A stretch of 64,000 nt of DNA, from positions 184-64,183 of the forward strand of contig JAGWKL010000003.1 in the NCBI GenBank assembly GCA_028865345.1, given 5' to 3'. This DNA is from Candidatus Omnitrophota bacterium. GTDB lineage: Bacteria; Omnitrophota; Gorgyraeia; Zapsychrales; Fredricksoniimonadaceae. The translations under genes were made by a program, and so were the position numbers. Below are positions 29,547 through 39,554 of this stretch, in pieces (position 1 is the first letter of the stretch; the number at the start of each line of letters is the position of its first letter). Under the pieces are notes generated by a model. That model ran no database searches. It worked only from the letters and a program-made list of their open reading frames with translations, and was not told the DNA's origin.

Positions 29547-31268
29547 ATGGCTCAAAAAAAAGCCGTCAAGAAGACAGTTAAAAAGACAGTTCCAAAAGCC
29601 GTTAAGAAGGCCCCTGCCGGCCGGTTTGCCGCGAGCAAGCCCAAACGCAAGCCTGTGCACGGTTTGATGAAACCCATCAAACTGCGTTCCTCCTCAAAAA
29701 TTGTTCCCATGGAGATAAGAAAGCAGCGCAGCCGCGACATCATCCTGATTTTGGACATGGGGTCCCAGTATACCCAGCTCATCGCCCGCCGGGTGCGCGA
29801 AAGCAAGGTCTTCAGCCAGATCGTCCCTTATACGATCAGTATCGAAAAGATCAAGGAAATTTACCCCAAGGGCATTATCCTTTCCGGGGGGCCGCAGAGC
29901 GTCACGGACAAGAACGCGCCGTTGCCCAATCCTGAAATATTTAAATTAAACATCCCGATTTTGGGTGTTTGCTACGGCATGCAGGCCATCACCCATATGC
30001 TGGGAGGCAAGGTCGCCCGCGCCAAGGACCGCGAATACGGCAAGGCCGAGCTTTTCATTGATAACAACAAGGATTTGTTCAGCAACCTCTCGACGAATTT
30101 GACCTGCTGGATGAGCCACGGCGATGAGATCACAACGCCTCCGCCTGGCTTTACGCGCATAGCTCACACCTTGAATGCGGCCAATGCCGCCATTGCCAAC
30201 CGCCATCGCAAGATTTACGGTGTGCAGTTCCATCCCGAAGTGGTGCATACGCAGCGCGGACTTCAGATCATCCAGAATTTCGCTTATACCATATGCGGAT
30301 GCCTGCCGCGCTGGACCATGGACCGGTTCATCACAGCGGCCGTCAAGCAGATCCAGGACGCCGTCGGAAGCAAGAAAGTGGTTTTGGGTTTGAGCGGGGG
30401 GGTGGATTCGTCCGTCGTCGCTGTACTGTTGCAGAAAGCCATCGGCGGCCGCCTGTATTGCATTTTCGTGGACAACGGCCTGCTGCGAAAGAATGAGTCC
30501 GCTTCCGTCGCACGTACGTTTAAAGGCCATTTTAAAATGAATTTGACCTTAGTCGAGGCCCAAAAGCGCTTCCTGGACAGGCTTAAAGGCGTTGAAGACC
30601 CCGAGCAGAAACGTAAGATCATCGGCGATGAATTTATCCGGGTCTTTCAGGACGCCGCCAAAAAGATCAAAGGCGTTGAATTTCTGGCCCAGGGGACCTT
30701 ATATCCCGATGTCATAGAATCCGTGGCCGCCCACGGCGGGCCTACGGCCGTCATCAAAAGCCACCATAATGTCGGCGGCCTGCCCAAGGACATGAAGTTC
30801 AAATTGATCGAGCCCCTGCGTGAGTTGTTCAAGGATGAAGTGCGCCTGATCGGCAAGAACCTGCAGATGCCCGAATCCATCCTGAAACGCCAGCCTTTCC
30901 CGGGCCCCGGCCTGGCCATCCGCGTCATCGGAGAAGTGACGCCTGAACGTTTGGAAATCTTGCGCGAGGCGGACGACCGGGTATTGGATGAGATCAAGAA
31001 AGCGGGGCTTTACCATGATCTGTGGCAGTCTTTTGCCGTGCTCCTTCCCATCAAGACTGTCGGGGTCATGGGGGACCAGCGTACCTATGAAAATGTCATC
31101 GCGTTGCGTTGTGTCACCAGCGCCGACGGCATGACCGCTGACTGGGCGCAACTGCCCTATGATGTGTTGGGCCGCATTTCCAACCGCATCATCAACGAGG
31201 TCGCGGGCGTCAACCGTGTCGTGTACGACATCAGTTCCAAACCTCCAGCCACCATTGAGTGGGAATGA
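29547..31268 (+). CDS. guaA: GMP synthase (glutamine-hydrolysing) with a ~55-aa Lys/Ala/Val-rich N-terminal extension
   Basis: The GATase domain starts at [20 protein letters not shown], with PP-loop SGGVDSSV and the C-terminal dimerisation domain. The ATG at 29547 has an AGGAG RBS at −10, which supports the basic extension ([23 protein letters not shown]...). Confidence 0.9.
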   Translation: MAQKKAVKKTVKKTVPKAVKKAPAGRFAASKPKRKPVHGLMKPIKLRSSSKIVPMEIRKQRSRDIILILDMGSQYTQLIARRVRESKVFSQIVPYTISIEKIKEIYPKGIILSGGPQSVTDKNAPLPNPEIFKLNIPILGVCYGMQAITHMLGGKVARAKDREYGKAELFIDNNKDLFSNLSTNLTCWMSHGDEITTPPPGFTRIAHTLNAANAAIANRHRKIYGVQFHPEVVHTQRGLQIIQNFAYTICGCLPRWTMDRFITAAVKQIQDAVGSKKVVLGLSGGVDSSVVAVLLQKAIGGRLYCIFVDNGLLRKNESASVARTFKGHFKMNLTLVEAQKRFLDRLKGVEDPEQKRKIIGDEFIRVFQDAAKKIKGVEFLAQGTLYPDVIESVAAHGGPTAVIKSHHNVGGLPKDMKFKLIEPLRELFKDEVRLIGKNLQMPESILKRQPFPGPGLAIRVIGEVTPERLEILREADDRVLDEIKKAGLYHDLWQSFAVLLPIKTVGVMGDQRTYENVIALRCVTSADGMTADWAQLPYDVLGRISNRIINEVAGVNRVVYDISSKPPATIEWE

Positions 31269-31367
31269 TGGCGATAATTTTGTATTGATTCTTGGCGGTC
31301 TTAGGGTTAAATTAATGTACGATTTAACCTTAAGGTCCCTGGGTCTTGGGGACAGGCCTTTGCATAA

Positions 31368-34300
31368 ATGAGCGATCCGCAATTCGTCCACCTTCACGTC
31401 CACACCCAATATTCCCTGTTAGACGGCGCTTGCCGCGTCGATGAATTGGTCGGCAAGTGCGCCCAGTTCGGCATGCCGGCCTTGGGGCTGACCGACCACG
31501 GGAATATGTTCGGCGCCATCCATTTTTATAAGGCCTGCCAAAAAGCCAAAATTAAACCCATCATCGGTTGTGAAGTGTATGTTTCACCCTCCGGCCGTTT
31601 CGAGAGGGCCTCCGACCAGAAAAACATTTGTCATTTGACCCTGTTGGCCGCCGACAATGAGGGCTATGCCAATTTGATGAAATTAGTCAGCGCGGCCTAT
31701 TTGGAAGGTTTCTATTATAAGCCGCGCATTGACAAGGACATTTTAGCCAAGCATGCGCGCGGGCTTATCGGCACCTCGGGTTGCCTTAAGGGCGAGGTGG
31801 CCGGGCATTTATTGCGGGGGTCTTTCGAATCCGCGTTGAAGACGGCGGCGCAATACGCCGAGATCTTCCCCCGTGGGCATTATTACATCGAGCTCATGGA
31901 CCACGGCATCATGGAACAAAAAAAGGTCAATGAAGACTTGGTCAGGATCGCCGGTCAGTTGGACCTGCCGCTGGTGGCGAGCAATGACGTGCATTATATC
32001 GAGCGTACCCAGGCCATGGCGCACGAAACCCTGCTGTGCATCCAGACCCAGATGACCTTAAATGATCCCCAACACATGCGGTTCGGCACAGACCAGTTTT
32101 ATTTTAAAAGCCCCCAGGATATGGCCGCCCTTTTTGCCGGATTTCCCGACGCTGTTAAAAACACCATGGCTATTGCCGAACAGTGTGATTTAAAGCTGGA
32201 TTTCAGCCAGTATCACCTTCCGCATTATGATGTGCCCGGGGGCATGAGTCTTCAAGCCTACCTGTTTGATCTGTGCGAGAAGGGGGTGTCTAAACGTTAC
32301 CCTGACAGGGCCAATGACGAAGCGTTGCGCCGGCGCCTGGAATACGAGCTTAAGACCATTGCGGACATGGGGTTTGTCAGTTATTTCCTGGTAGTATGGG
32401 ACTTCATCAACTATGCCAAATCCATCGGTGTTCCTGTCGGGCCGGGCCGCGGTTCGGCCGCCGGCAGCCTGGTCAGTTACCTGTTGGGGATCACGGACTT
32501 GGACCCCATCAAATACGGCCTGCTGTTCGAGCGTTTCTTGAACCCGGGCCGCAAAAGCATGCCGGACATCGACATCGACTTTTGTTTCGAACGCCGCGGC
32601 GAGATCATCGATTATGTCACTAAAAAATACGGGGCCGATAATGTGGCCCAGATCATCACCTTCGGGTCCATGCAGGCCAAGGCCGCGGTGCGCGACGTGG
32701 GCCGGGCCATGGGGATGAGTTACCCGGATGTCGACCGCATTGCCAAGCTCATCCCCAACGAATTGGGGATCACCATCGAGCAGGCCCTGAACGTGGAGCC
32801 GCAATTGCGGCAGGCCGTTGAATTCGACAAGACCGCCCAACAGTTGCTGGCCACGGCCCGGGTGCTGGAGGGGCTCAACCGCCACGCCTCCATCCATGCC
32901 GCGGGTGTCGTCATTGCAGACAAGCCCCTGACGGAATACGTGCCTTTGTTCAAAAGTTCCGACGGGCAGATCACCACGGCCTTTGATATGGACGGCATCT
33001 CCCAGATCGGGTTGGTGAAAATGGATTTTCTGGGTTTAAGGACCCTGACTGTCATTGACCAGGCCGTCAAGCTCATCAAGAAACACCAGGGTGTGGAGAT
33101 CAATATTGATACCATTCCTCTCGACGATAAGAAAACCTACGAGATGTTGTCAAGCGCCTGTGCCATGGGGGTGTTCCAGGTGGAAAGCGGGGGCATGCGC
33201 GATCTATTAAAGAAAATGAAACCCTCCGAGTTTGAGGACCTCATCGCCATCAATGCCCTTTACCGTCCCGGGCCGATGGGTTCAGGCATGCTGGATGATT
33301 TTATCAGGCGCAAGCGCGGCGAGCAGAAGATCGCCTACCCGCATCCCAAACTGGAGCCCGTGCTTAAATCCACCTATGGGATCATTCTTTACCAGGAACA
33401 GGTCATGCAGATCGCCTCGGTTATGGCGGGTTTCAATATGACCCAGGCCGATGACTTGCGCAAGGCCATGGGGAAGAAAATAGCGTCGGAAATGCAAAAA
33501 ATGCGGTCCTTTTTTATCGACGGGTGCGCCAAGACCAGCCTGATGCCGGGGCCCCAGGCTGATCAGCTATTTGATTTGATCGATTATTTCGCCGGTTACG
33601 GGTTCAACCGCAGCCATTCCGCGGCCTATGCGCTGATCACCTACCGCACCGCCTATTTAAAAGCCAATTATCCGGTGGAGTATATGACGGCGCTGTTGAC
33701 TTCGGAAAAAGACAATACGGACAAGGTCGTTGAATATATCAAGGAATGCGCGAGCCTGGGGATCGACGTTTTGCCGCCGGATGTCAACCATAGTTATGCC
33801 CAATTCACCGTGGAAAAGAACAAAGCCGTCCGTTACGGCCTGCTGGCCGTCAAAAATTTGGGCGCCGGAGCCATTGAATCCGTCGTCCAGGCCCGCAGGG
33901 AAGGCGGGGCGTTTGCTTCCGTGTTTGATTTCTGCGGCCGTGTTGACCTGCGTTTGAATAACCATAAGGTCCTGGAAAGCTTGATCAAGTGCGGCGCTTT
34001 CGATGTCTTTAAATGCCGGAGGTCCCAGATGATGGCGGTGCTGGACATGGCCCTGGAGGTGGGAACGCGCCGACAAAAAGAAAAAGAGGTCGGCCAGATC
34101 TCTTTCTTTAATATGGCAGAAGAGGGCAGCGGCTTTGGCGGGAACCAGGAGGGCTTGCCCGACATCCCGGAATGGCCGCAGGCTTCAGTTTTGGCCCATG
34201 AAAAGGCCCTGTTGGGGCTTTATTTGAGCGGCCATCCGCTGGACCGCTATAAAACCGAGATCGAGAAATTCGCTGATTTTACGACGGGCAATATCAAAAA

Positions 34301-34802
34301 CGCCCGCGATGGGCAGGAGGTCCGCATGGTGGGGCTTATCACGGGCGTCAAGCTGACCACCACCAAGAAAACCAACGAACGCATGGCCATCGTGGGGCTG
34401 GAGGACAACGACGGAGAGATGGAAATCGTGGTATTTCCATCCAGCTATGCCCAGGTTTCTCCTTATTTGAAGGAAAATACAGTGGTGGTGGTCAAGGGCA
34501 AGGTGAGTTTCCGGGATGGTTTTCCCAAAATGGTGGCCAATGAAATGGCGGGCATTGATGAGGTCTATGATCTGGTCAAGTCTGTGCAGGTGGATTTATC
34601 GGATTCGGGCCAGTTTGAGAAATTAAAAGAGAAGCTGATGCGTTTCCCCGGCAAGACCCCTGTGTATTTGCAGATGCACGCGGATAATTATAAAAAAGTG
34701 CAGATTTTGGTGGGTGAAGAATTTTATGTCACGCCCAGCGAAGTTTTGGTGGAAGAGATCAAGGTGTTGGTGGGGGAGAATAATTTTTCGTTGACACTGT
34801 AA
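31368..34802 (+). CDS. dnaE: DNA polymerase III alpha subunit
   Basis: 1,144 aa with an N-terminal PHP domain (HLHVHTQYSLLDG), the palm (GxxKMDFLGLRTL) and a C-terminal OB fold. Confidence 0.95.
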   Translation: MSDPQFVHLHVHTQYSLLDGACRVDELVGKCAQFGMPALGLTDHGNMFGAIHFYKACQKAKIKPIIGCEVYVSPSGRFERASDQKNICHLTLLAADNEGYANLMKLVSAAYLEGFYYKPRIDKDILAKHARGLIGTSGCLKGEVAGHLLRGSFESALKTAAQYAEIFPRGHYYIELMDHGIMEQKKVNEDLVRIAGQLDLPLVASNDVHYIERTQAMAHETLLCIQTQMTLNDPQHMRFGTDQFYFKSPQDMAALFAGFPDAVKNTMAIAEQCDLKLDFSQYHLPHYDVPGGMSLQAYLFDLCEKGVSKRYPDRANDEALRRRLEYELKTIADMGFVSYFLVVWDFINYAKSIGVPVGPGRGSAAGSLVSYLLGITDLDPIKYGLLFERFLNPGRKSMPDIDIDFCFERRGEIIDYVTKKYGADNVAQIITFGSMQAKAAVRDVGRAMGMSYPDVDRIAKLIPNELGITIEQALNVEPQLRQAVEFDKTAQQLLATARVLEGLNRHASIHAAGVVIADKPLTEYVPLFKSSDGQITTAFDMDGISQIGLVKMDFLGLRTLTVIDQAVKLIKKHQGVEINIDTIPLDDKKTYEMLSSACAMGVFQVESGGMRDLLKKMKPSEFEDLIAINALYRPGPMGSGMLDDFIRRKRGEQKIAYPHPKLEPVLKSTYGIILYQEQVMQIASVMAGFNMTQADDLRKAMGKKIASEMQKMRSFFIDGCAKTSLMPGPQADQLFDLIDYFAGYGFNRSHSAAYALITYRTAYLKANYPVEYMTALLTSEKDNTDKVVEYIKECASLGIDVLPPDVNHSYAQFTVEKNKAVRYGLLAVKNLGAGAIESVVQARREGGAFASVFDFCGRVDLRLNNHKVLESLIKCGAFDVFKCRRSQMMAVLDMALEVGTRRQKEKEVGQISFFNMAEEGSGFGGNQEGLPDIPEWPQASVLAHEKALLGLYLSGHPLDRYKTEIEKFADFTTGNIKNARDGQEVRMVGLITGVKLTTTKKTNERMAIVGLEDNDGEMEIVVFPSSYAQVSPYLKENTVVVVKGKVSFRDGFPKMVANEMAGIDEVYDLVKSVQVDLSDSGQFEKLKEKLMRFPGKTPVYLQMHADNYKKVQILVGEEFYVTPSEVLVEEIKVLVGENNFSLTL

Positions 34803-34896
34803 GTCGTTGTTGGTACGATACTTCCGTTTAATTTGAAGAAAAACCAACTCGTCTAAGTTGCGATAAAGCGGCAGGTTTTGTTAAGGAGAGTCTTTA

Positions 34897-35169
34897 ATGA
34901 CCAAAAAGGATATCGTTTTAAAAATCACCGATGCCACCGGCATCAAGCAAGTGGATGTCAAAAAGATCGTGCAAAAAACTTTTGATGTCATTGTTGATTC
35001 CCTGATGCAGGGGGACAAGGTGGAGTTGCGTAATTTTGGGGTCTTTAAGATCAAAGAGCGACGCGCCCGTTTCGGCCGTAATCCCCGCACGGGACAGAGC
35101 GTTCCCGTCCCTCCCCGGAAAGTCGTGGTTTTTAAGTCCGGTCTGGAAATGAAGCAGAAAGTCAAATAG
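34897..35169 (+). CDS. HU/IHF-family DNA-binding protein
   Basis: 90 aa with the HU arm motif (RNFGVFKIKERRARFGRNPRTGQSV). Confidence 0.85.
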   Translation: MTKKDIVLKITDATGIKQVDVKKIVQKTFDVIVDSLMQGDKVELRNFGVFKIKERRARFGRNPRTGQSVPVPPRKVVVFKSGLEMKQKVK

Positions 35170-35182
35170 CCGTCCAATTCAC

Positions 35183-36457
35183 GTGAATAAAACCTTCGCC
35201 GTCCCCCGCGGGACATCCGATATATTACCCGATGCTATTCCACTCTGGGAAGCATTAGAATCCAAGGCCAGAAAAATTTGTAAATCCTACGGCTACAGGG
35301 AAATCCGTACGCCTATCTACGAGGACATTAATCTTTTTAAAAGGTCCCTTGGAGCAACCAGTGATGTGGTCCATAAACAGCTTTTAGAGATGGTTTCAAG
35401 CAAAGAAGAGGAAGGCTACGCTCTGCGTCCGGAAGGGACGGCATCCATTGTGCGTTCTTATCTTGAGAACAGTTTTGACAAGAAAGAGCCTTTATCCAAA
35501 TTTTTTTATATTGGTCCCATGTTCCGCGGTGAGCGTCCGCAAAAAGGGCGGTTACGCCAGTTTCATCAAATTGGAGTAGAAGCTATAGGTACTGATGGTG
35601 CTTCTCCATTTCTTGACGCGGAGATCTTGACTTTGGTCATGCATCTGCTCCAAGAGTTTCATGTCCAAGGGCCAAAACTTAAAATTAATTCTTTGGGGTC
35701 TAAAGAAGATAAAGAAAGAATCTCATTATGGTTACGCAAAGAATTTACTAAACATAAAAATGAATTATGCGAAGATTGCCAAAGACGTTATGAACACAAT
35801 GTTTTTCGTGTTCTTGACTGTAAAAATGAGAAATGCCGTAAAATAGTCGATTCATTTGTTCAAGATTTGCCTTTGTCCGATATAAGTAGGGGATATTTTG
35901 AGGCGGTTCAGAAGGCATTGAAAGAAGCAGGTATCAATTTTGAGATCGCTCCTCATTTGGTAAGAGGATTGGATTATTATACACATACGGTTTTTGAAAT
36001 AACGGCAGAGGGGCTGGGGAGCCAAGATGCTGTCGGGGCAGGAGGACGTTACGCAGGGCTTTTAGACGATTTGGGCGGGAACGAAAAAACGGAGTATGGT
36101 GCTATTGGTTTTGCGTTAGGAATGGAACGGATATTATTGGCTTCTGGCAAGGCCCAAGAGGGGCCTCAAACAATAGATGCCTTTGTGATTGAAACTCAGG
36201 CAGAGTATCAATTTCGATCGTTTCAATTATTAAGCGATTTACGTAAGAATGGCATCAGCGCTACGACAAATTTTTCAGGCGGTTCGATGAAGTCCCTAAT
36301 GAATCAAGCCAACAAAGCCAATGCCCGGTTCGCTTTGATCATCGGTGATCAGGAATTTAAAGATGAGACTGTTTCAGTAAAAAACATGAGTACCAGTCAG
36401 CAGGAGACGGTGGCTTTATCAGGAATTATCGAGATAATGAAGGATAAATTGAAATAA
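35183..36457 (+). CDS. hisS: Histidine--tRNA ligase
   Basis: The GTSDILP N-terminus, class II motifs and a C-terminal anticodon-binding domain. GC content is visibly lower (~40-45%) than in the neighbouring genes. Confidence 0.9.
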   Translation: MNKTFAVPRGTSDILPDAIPLWEALESKARKICKSYGYREIRTPIYEDINLFKRSLGATSDVVHKQLLEMVSSKEEEGYALRPEGTASIVRSYLENSFDKKEPLSKFFYIGPMFRGERPQKGRLRQFHQIGVEAIGTDGASPFLDAEILTLVMHLLQEFHVQGPKLKINSLGSKEDKERISLWLRKEFTKHKNELCEDCQRRYEHNVFRVLDCKNEKCRKIVDSFVQDLPLSDISRGYFEAVQKALKEAGINFEIAPHLVRGLDYYTHTVFEITAEGLGSQDAVGAGGRYAGLLDDLGGNEKTEYGAIGFALGMERILLASGKAQEGPQTIDAFVIETQAEYQFRSFQLLSDLRKNGISATTNFSGGSMKSLMNQANKANARFALIIGDQEFKDETVSVKNMSTSQQETVALSGIIEIMKDKLK

Positions 36458-36524
36458 TGCGTGTCGTCGGGTGTGCCACGACGAGCCAGGACCCGATGAT
36501 GCCAGGAAGAAAGGTTTTATCGTC

Positions 36525-37931
36525 ATGAGGACGCACACGTGTGGGGAATTGAACAAGGATTTCAAAGACCAGGAGGCCGTCCTTTGCGGGTGGGTGCACC
36601 GCAGGCGCGACCACGGCAAGCTTATTTTTATCGACATCCGCGACCGTTACGGCATCACCCAGGTCGTCTTTGTGCCGTCGGTATCTCCCGAGGCCCATCA
36701 GGAGGCCCAGAAATTGGGCCCTGAGTTCGTGGTGAAGATCACCGGGACCGTCAATGTGCGTCCACCCAAGAACGTCAATCCCGAATCAAGCACGGGGGAC
36801 ATTGAGCTTTTGGCCAAGAAATTGGAGATATTGAATACGGCCAAGGTGCCGGTCTTTGAGATCGACGACCATATCGAGGCTGCCGAAGATGTGCGCCTGA
36901 CGTACCGTTATTTGGACATCCGCCGCAAGAGGGTGCGTGATTCCCTGGTTTTGCGCCATCGCATCTGCAGCGCCATGCGTTCGTTTTTGAACGGTGAAAA
37001 GTTTACCGAGATCGAGACCCCTGTGCTGACCAAATCGACCCCCGAGGGCGCCCGCGATTTTTTGGTGCCTTCCCGCCTGAACCAGGGGGCTTTTTATGCT
37101 TTGCCGCAGTCACCGCAACTTTTCAAACAGATCCTCATGGTGGCGGGCATGGACCGTTATTACCAGATCGTCAAGTGTTTCCGCGACGAGGACCTGCGCG
37201 CCGACCGCCAGCCGGAATTCACCCAGCTGGATATGGAGATGTCCTTTGTGGACCAGGATTTTGTTTTTGACCTGACGGAGCGCATGTATAAAAGCATATT
37301 CAAAGAAGTCCTCGATATTGATCTTAAAACGCCTTTTGCGCGTATGACCCATGCCGAGGCCATGGCCAATTATAACAGCGATAAGCCGGACATCCGTCAG
37401 GACAAAAACAACCCCAAAGAGTTTGCTTTTTTGTGGGTTGTGGATTTTCCTTTGTTCAAGTATAATACGGACGAAAAACGCTGGGACAGTGAGCATCATC
37501 CTTTTACCGGCCTTCATCCCGATGATGAGCATTTTTTGGAGGAAGGCAAGTACGCTCAGGTCCGCGGCCGCTGTTACGACCTGGTCCTTAACGGCAATGA
37601 GATCGGCAGCGGTTCGATACGTATTCACCGGCGTCAATTACAGCAGAAGATTTTTGACATCATCGGCATTGCCCCGCAGGAGGCGGAGGTGCGTTTCGGT
37701 TTTTTATTGCGGGCTTTTGAATATGGAGCGCCCCCGCATGCCGGGGTGGCCTACGGCATTGACCGTCTGGTGACGATCTTGACCGGTAATGCGTCCATCC
37801 GCGATTGCATCGCTTTCCCCAAGACCCAGAAAGGGACATGTTTGATGACGGAGGCCCCGTCGGACGTGGATGCCGGGCAGCTCAAAGATTTGGGACTGGT
37901 GGTTGTGAAAAAAAATGAAGGACCCAATTAA
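36525..37931 (+). CDS. aspS: Aspartate--tRNA ligase (short bacterial-type; insertion/GAD domain apparently absent)
   Basis: N-terminal OB fold, class II motifs (FRDEDLRADRQPEFTQLD; HHPFT; GIDRL). It is ~468 aa from the ATG at 36525, which has RBS AGGAAGAAAGG. The ORF-track start at 36471 is an upstream extension. Confidence 0.88.
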   Translation: MRTHTCGELNKDFKDQEAVLCGWVHRRRDHGKLIFIDIRDRYGITQVVFVPSVSPEAHQEAQKLGPEFVVKITGTVNVRPPKNVNPESSTGDIELLAKKLEILNTAKVPVFEIDDHIEAAEDVRLTYRYLDIRRKRVRDSLVLRHRICSAMRSFLNGEKFTEIETPVLTKSTPEGARDFLVPSRLNQGAFYALPQSPQLFKQILMVAGMDRYYQIVKCFRDEDLRADRQPEFTQLDMEMSFVDQDFVFDLTERMYKSIFKEVLDIDLKTPFARMTHAEAMANYNSDKPDIRQDKNNPKEFAFLWVVDFPLFKYNTDEKRWDSEHHPFTGLHPDDEHFLEEGKYAQVRGRCYDLVLNGNEIGSGSIRIHRRQLQQKIFDIIGIAPQEAEVRFGFLLRAFEYGAPPHAGVAYGIDRLVTILTGNASIRDCIAFPKTQKGTCLMTEAPSDVDAGQLKDLGLVVVKKNEGPN

Positions 37932-37945
37932 TAGGAGAACGGACT

Positions 37946-38560
37946 ATGTTGAATAAAAATTTAGCTTTGGTGGTGATGGTGCTCTTTGCGGCCGGCTGCG
38001 GTTTGGAGGCCAGGACCTATGTGATGACCAAACCCCGTGTCGGCCTGAACCGCGGGACAGGCAACGGCGGTTGTGTCGTGGGCACATGCCCCCCGGCACC
38101 GGCACCCGCAGAGACGACCCGCAAGGTATATGTGCTGGAGATCACCAAGCCGGTCCCGGAATCCAAGGTCGAAAAAATAGAGGAGCAGGCGATCAACGCC
38201 ATCGCCCAAACCGCCCCCCAACCATCTTCCGAGACGGTCCCTGCAGCGCCGGCGCCGACGGTAAATACCCAAAGTTCCCAGCCTCAAGTAACGGTTCCGG
38301 TGATCGGGGAGAGGCCGGGTACGATTGCAACGACCCCGTCAACGCCCGCAGCGGCAACAACACCGGTAGAGCAAAATCACGGGAACCTGCAGCCTGCCTC
38401 TTATACGGTGCAAAAGGACGATACGCTGCAGAAAATTTCCAAGAAGGTTTATGGCACCTACAGCAAATGGTATAAAATTTACAAGGCCAACAAAGACAAA
38501 ATCAAGAATCCTAATGTCCTGCGGCCCGGTACGGTGCTGACTATTCCACCGGTAAAATAA
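37946..38560 (+). CDS. LysM-domain lipoprotein
   Basis: Lipobox LFAAGC, a Pro/Thr/Ala-rich linker and a C-terminal LysM (YTVQKDDTLQKISKKVYG...VLRPGTVLTIP). Confidence 0.75.
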   Translation: MLNKNLALVVMVLFAAGCGLEARTYVMTKPRVGLNRGTGNGGCVVGTCPPAPAPAETTRKVYVLEITKPVPESKVEKIEEQAINAIAQTAPQPSSETVPAAPAPTVNTQSSQPQVTVPVIGERPGTIATTPSTPAAATTPVEQNHGNLQPASYTVQKDDTLQKISKKVYGTYSKWYKIYKANKDKIKNPNVLRPGTVLTIPPVK

Positions 38561-38586
38561 ATCTGTTTTCTTAAGGAAGGGTGTGA

Positions 38587-39543
38587 ATGGATTTTCGTTT
38601 GGAATTGAACAATAACCGTGATTTGCAGTTTTTGTTCGGACGCCATGATCAAAATTTGAAAATCATCGAGAAAGAATTAGGGGTCCGTATCGTCCGTGCC
38701 GAGGACGGCATCAAGATCATCGGCAGTGACCCCCAGCTTACGGTCGCCCGCGAACTGTTCCATTACCTGATGACCTTTGTCGAGAAGGGCAAGGATGTCA
38801 AGAAATCCGACATCGTTTACGCTCTGCGCCTGGTCGACAAAGATAAAGAGATCGATTTCAAGCGCCTGGCCAAGGAAAAGATCGAAGTGTCGGTGCAGGG
38901 CTTGATCACGCCCAAAACCAAGGGGCAGATCGAATATATCGAGGCCATCAAGACCAATGACCTGGTTTTTTGCATCGGTCCCGCCGGAACAGGGAAGACC
39001 TATTTGGCCATTGCCATGGCGGTCAATGCCCTCAAAAAAGGACTGGTGCGCCGCATTGTCCTGACCCGTCCGGCCGTGGAAGCCGGGGAAAACTTAGGAT
39101 TTTTGCCGGGGGACATGGTGGAAAAGGTGTTGCCCTACCTGCGCCCGTTGTACGATGCCCTTTACGATATGATGGAACCTGAAAAGGTCGAGCATTACAG
39201 CGAGCAGGGGATCATCGAAGTCGCTCCCCTGGCGTTTATGCGCGGGCGCACGCTTAACGAGGCTTTTGTGATCCTCGACGAAGCCCAAAATGCGCGGCCC
39301 GACCAGATGAAGATGTTTTTGACCCGCATGGGCTTCGATTCCAAGGTCGTGGTGGCCGGCGACGTGACCCAAAGCGATCTGCCGTCTCCGGAGAACAACG
39401 GCCTGGCCGAGGCCAACCGGGTCCTGGCCCACGTGCCTGAGATCAAGTTCATCCATTTGACCAGCGAGGACACGGTCCGTCACGAGCTGGTGCAAAAGAT
39501 CATCGAAGCCTACGCGCAATCCAACGGCTCCAACAAACATTAA
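38587..39543 (+). CDS. phoH: PhoH-family ATPase
   Basis: Walker A GPAGTGKTYLA and Walker B ILDEAQN. Confidence 0.9.
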   Translation: MDFRLELNNNRDLQFLFGRHDQNLKIIEKELGVRIVRAEDGIKIIGSDPQLTVARELFHYLMTFVEKGKDVKKSDIVYALRLVDKDKEIDFKRLAKEKIEVSVQGLITPKTKGQIEYIEAIKTNDLVFCIGPAGTGKTYLAIAMAVNALKKGLVRRIVLTRPAVEAGENLGFLPGDMVEKVLPYLRPLYDALYDMMEPEKVEHYSEQGIIEVAPLAFMRGRTLNEAFVILDEAQNARPDQMKMFLTRMGFDSKVVVAGDVTQSDLPSPENNGLAEANRVLAHVPEIKFIHLTSEDTVRHELVQKIIEAYAQSNGSNKH

Positions 39544-39554
39544 AGTTCACGGCC

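Noticed and set aside
30699-31409. 236-aa − strand ORF; also 32190..32897 (−), 46731..47336 (−) and 13172..13705 (−)
   Set aside because: All are antisense to strongly supported genes (guaA/dnaE, dnaE, DUF255, yceI). None has a recognisable motif.
31805-31850. TTCGAATCC word inside dnaE (possible tRNA T-arm)
   Set aside because: It is embedded in the dnaE coding frame with no acceptor or anticodon stem context.
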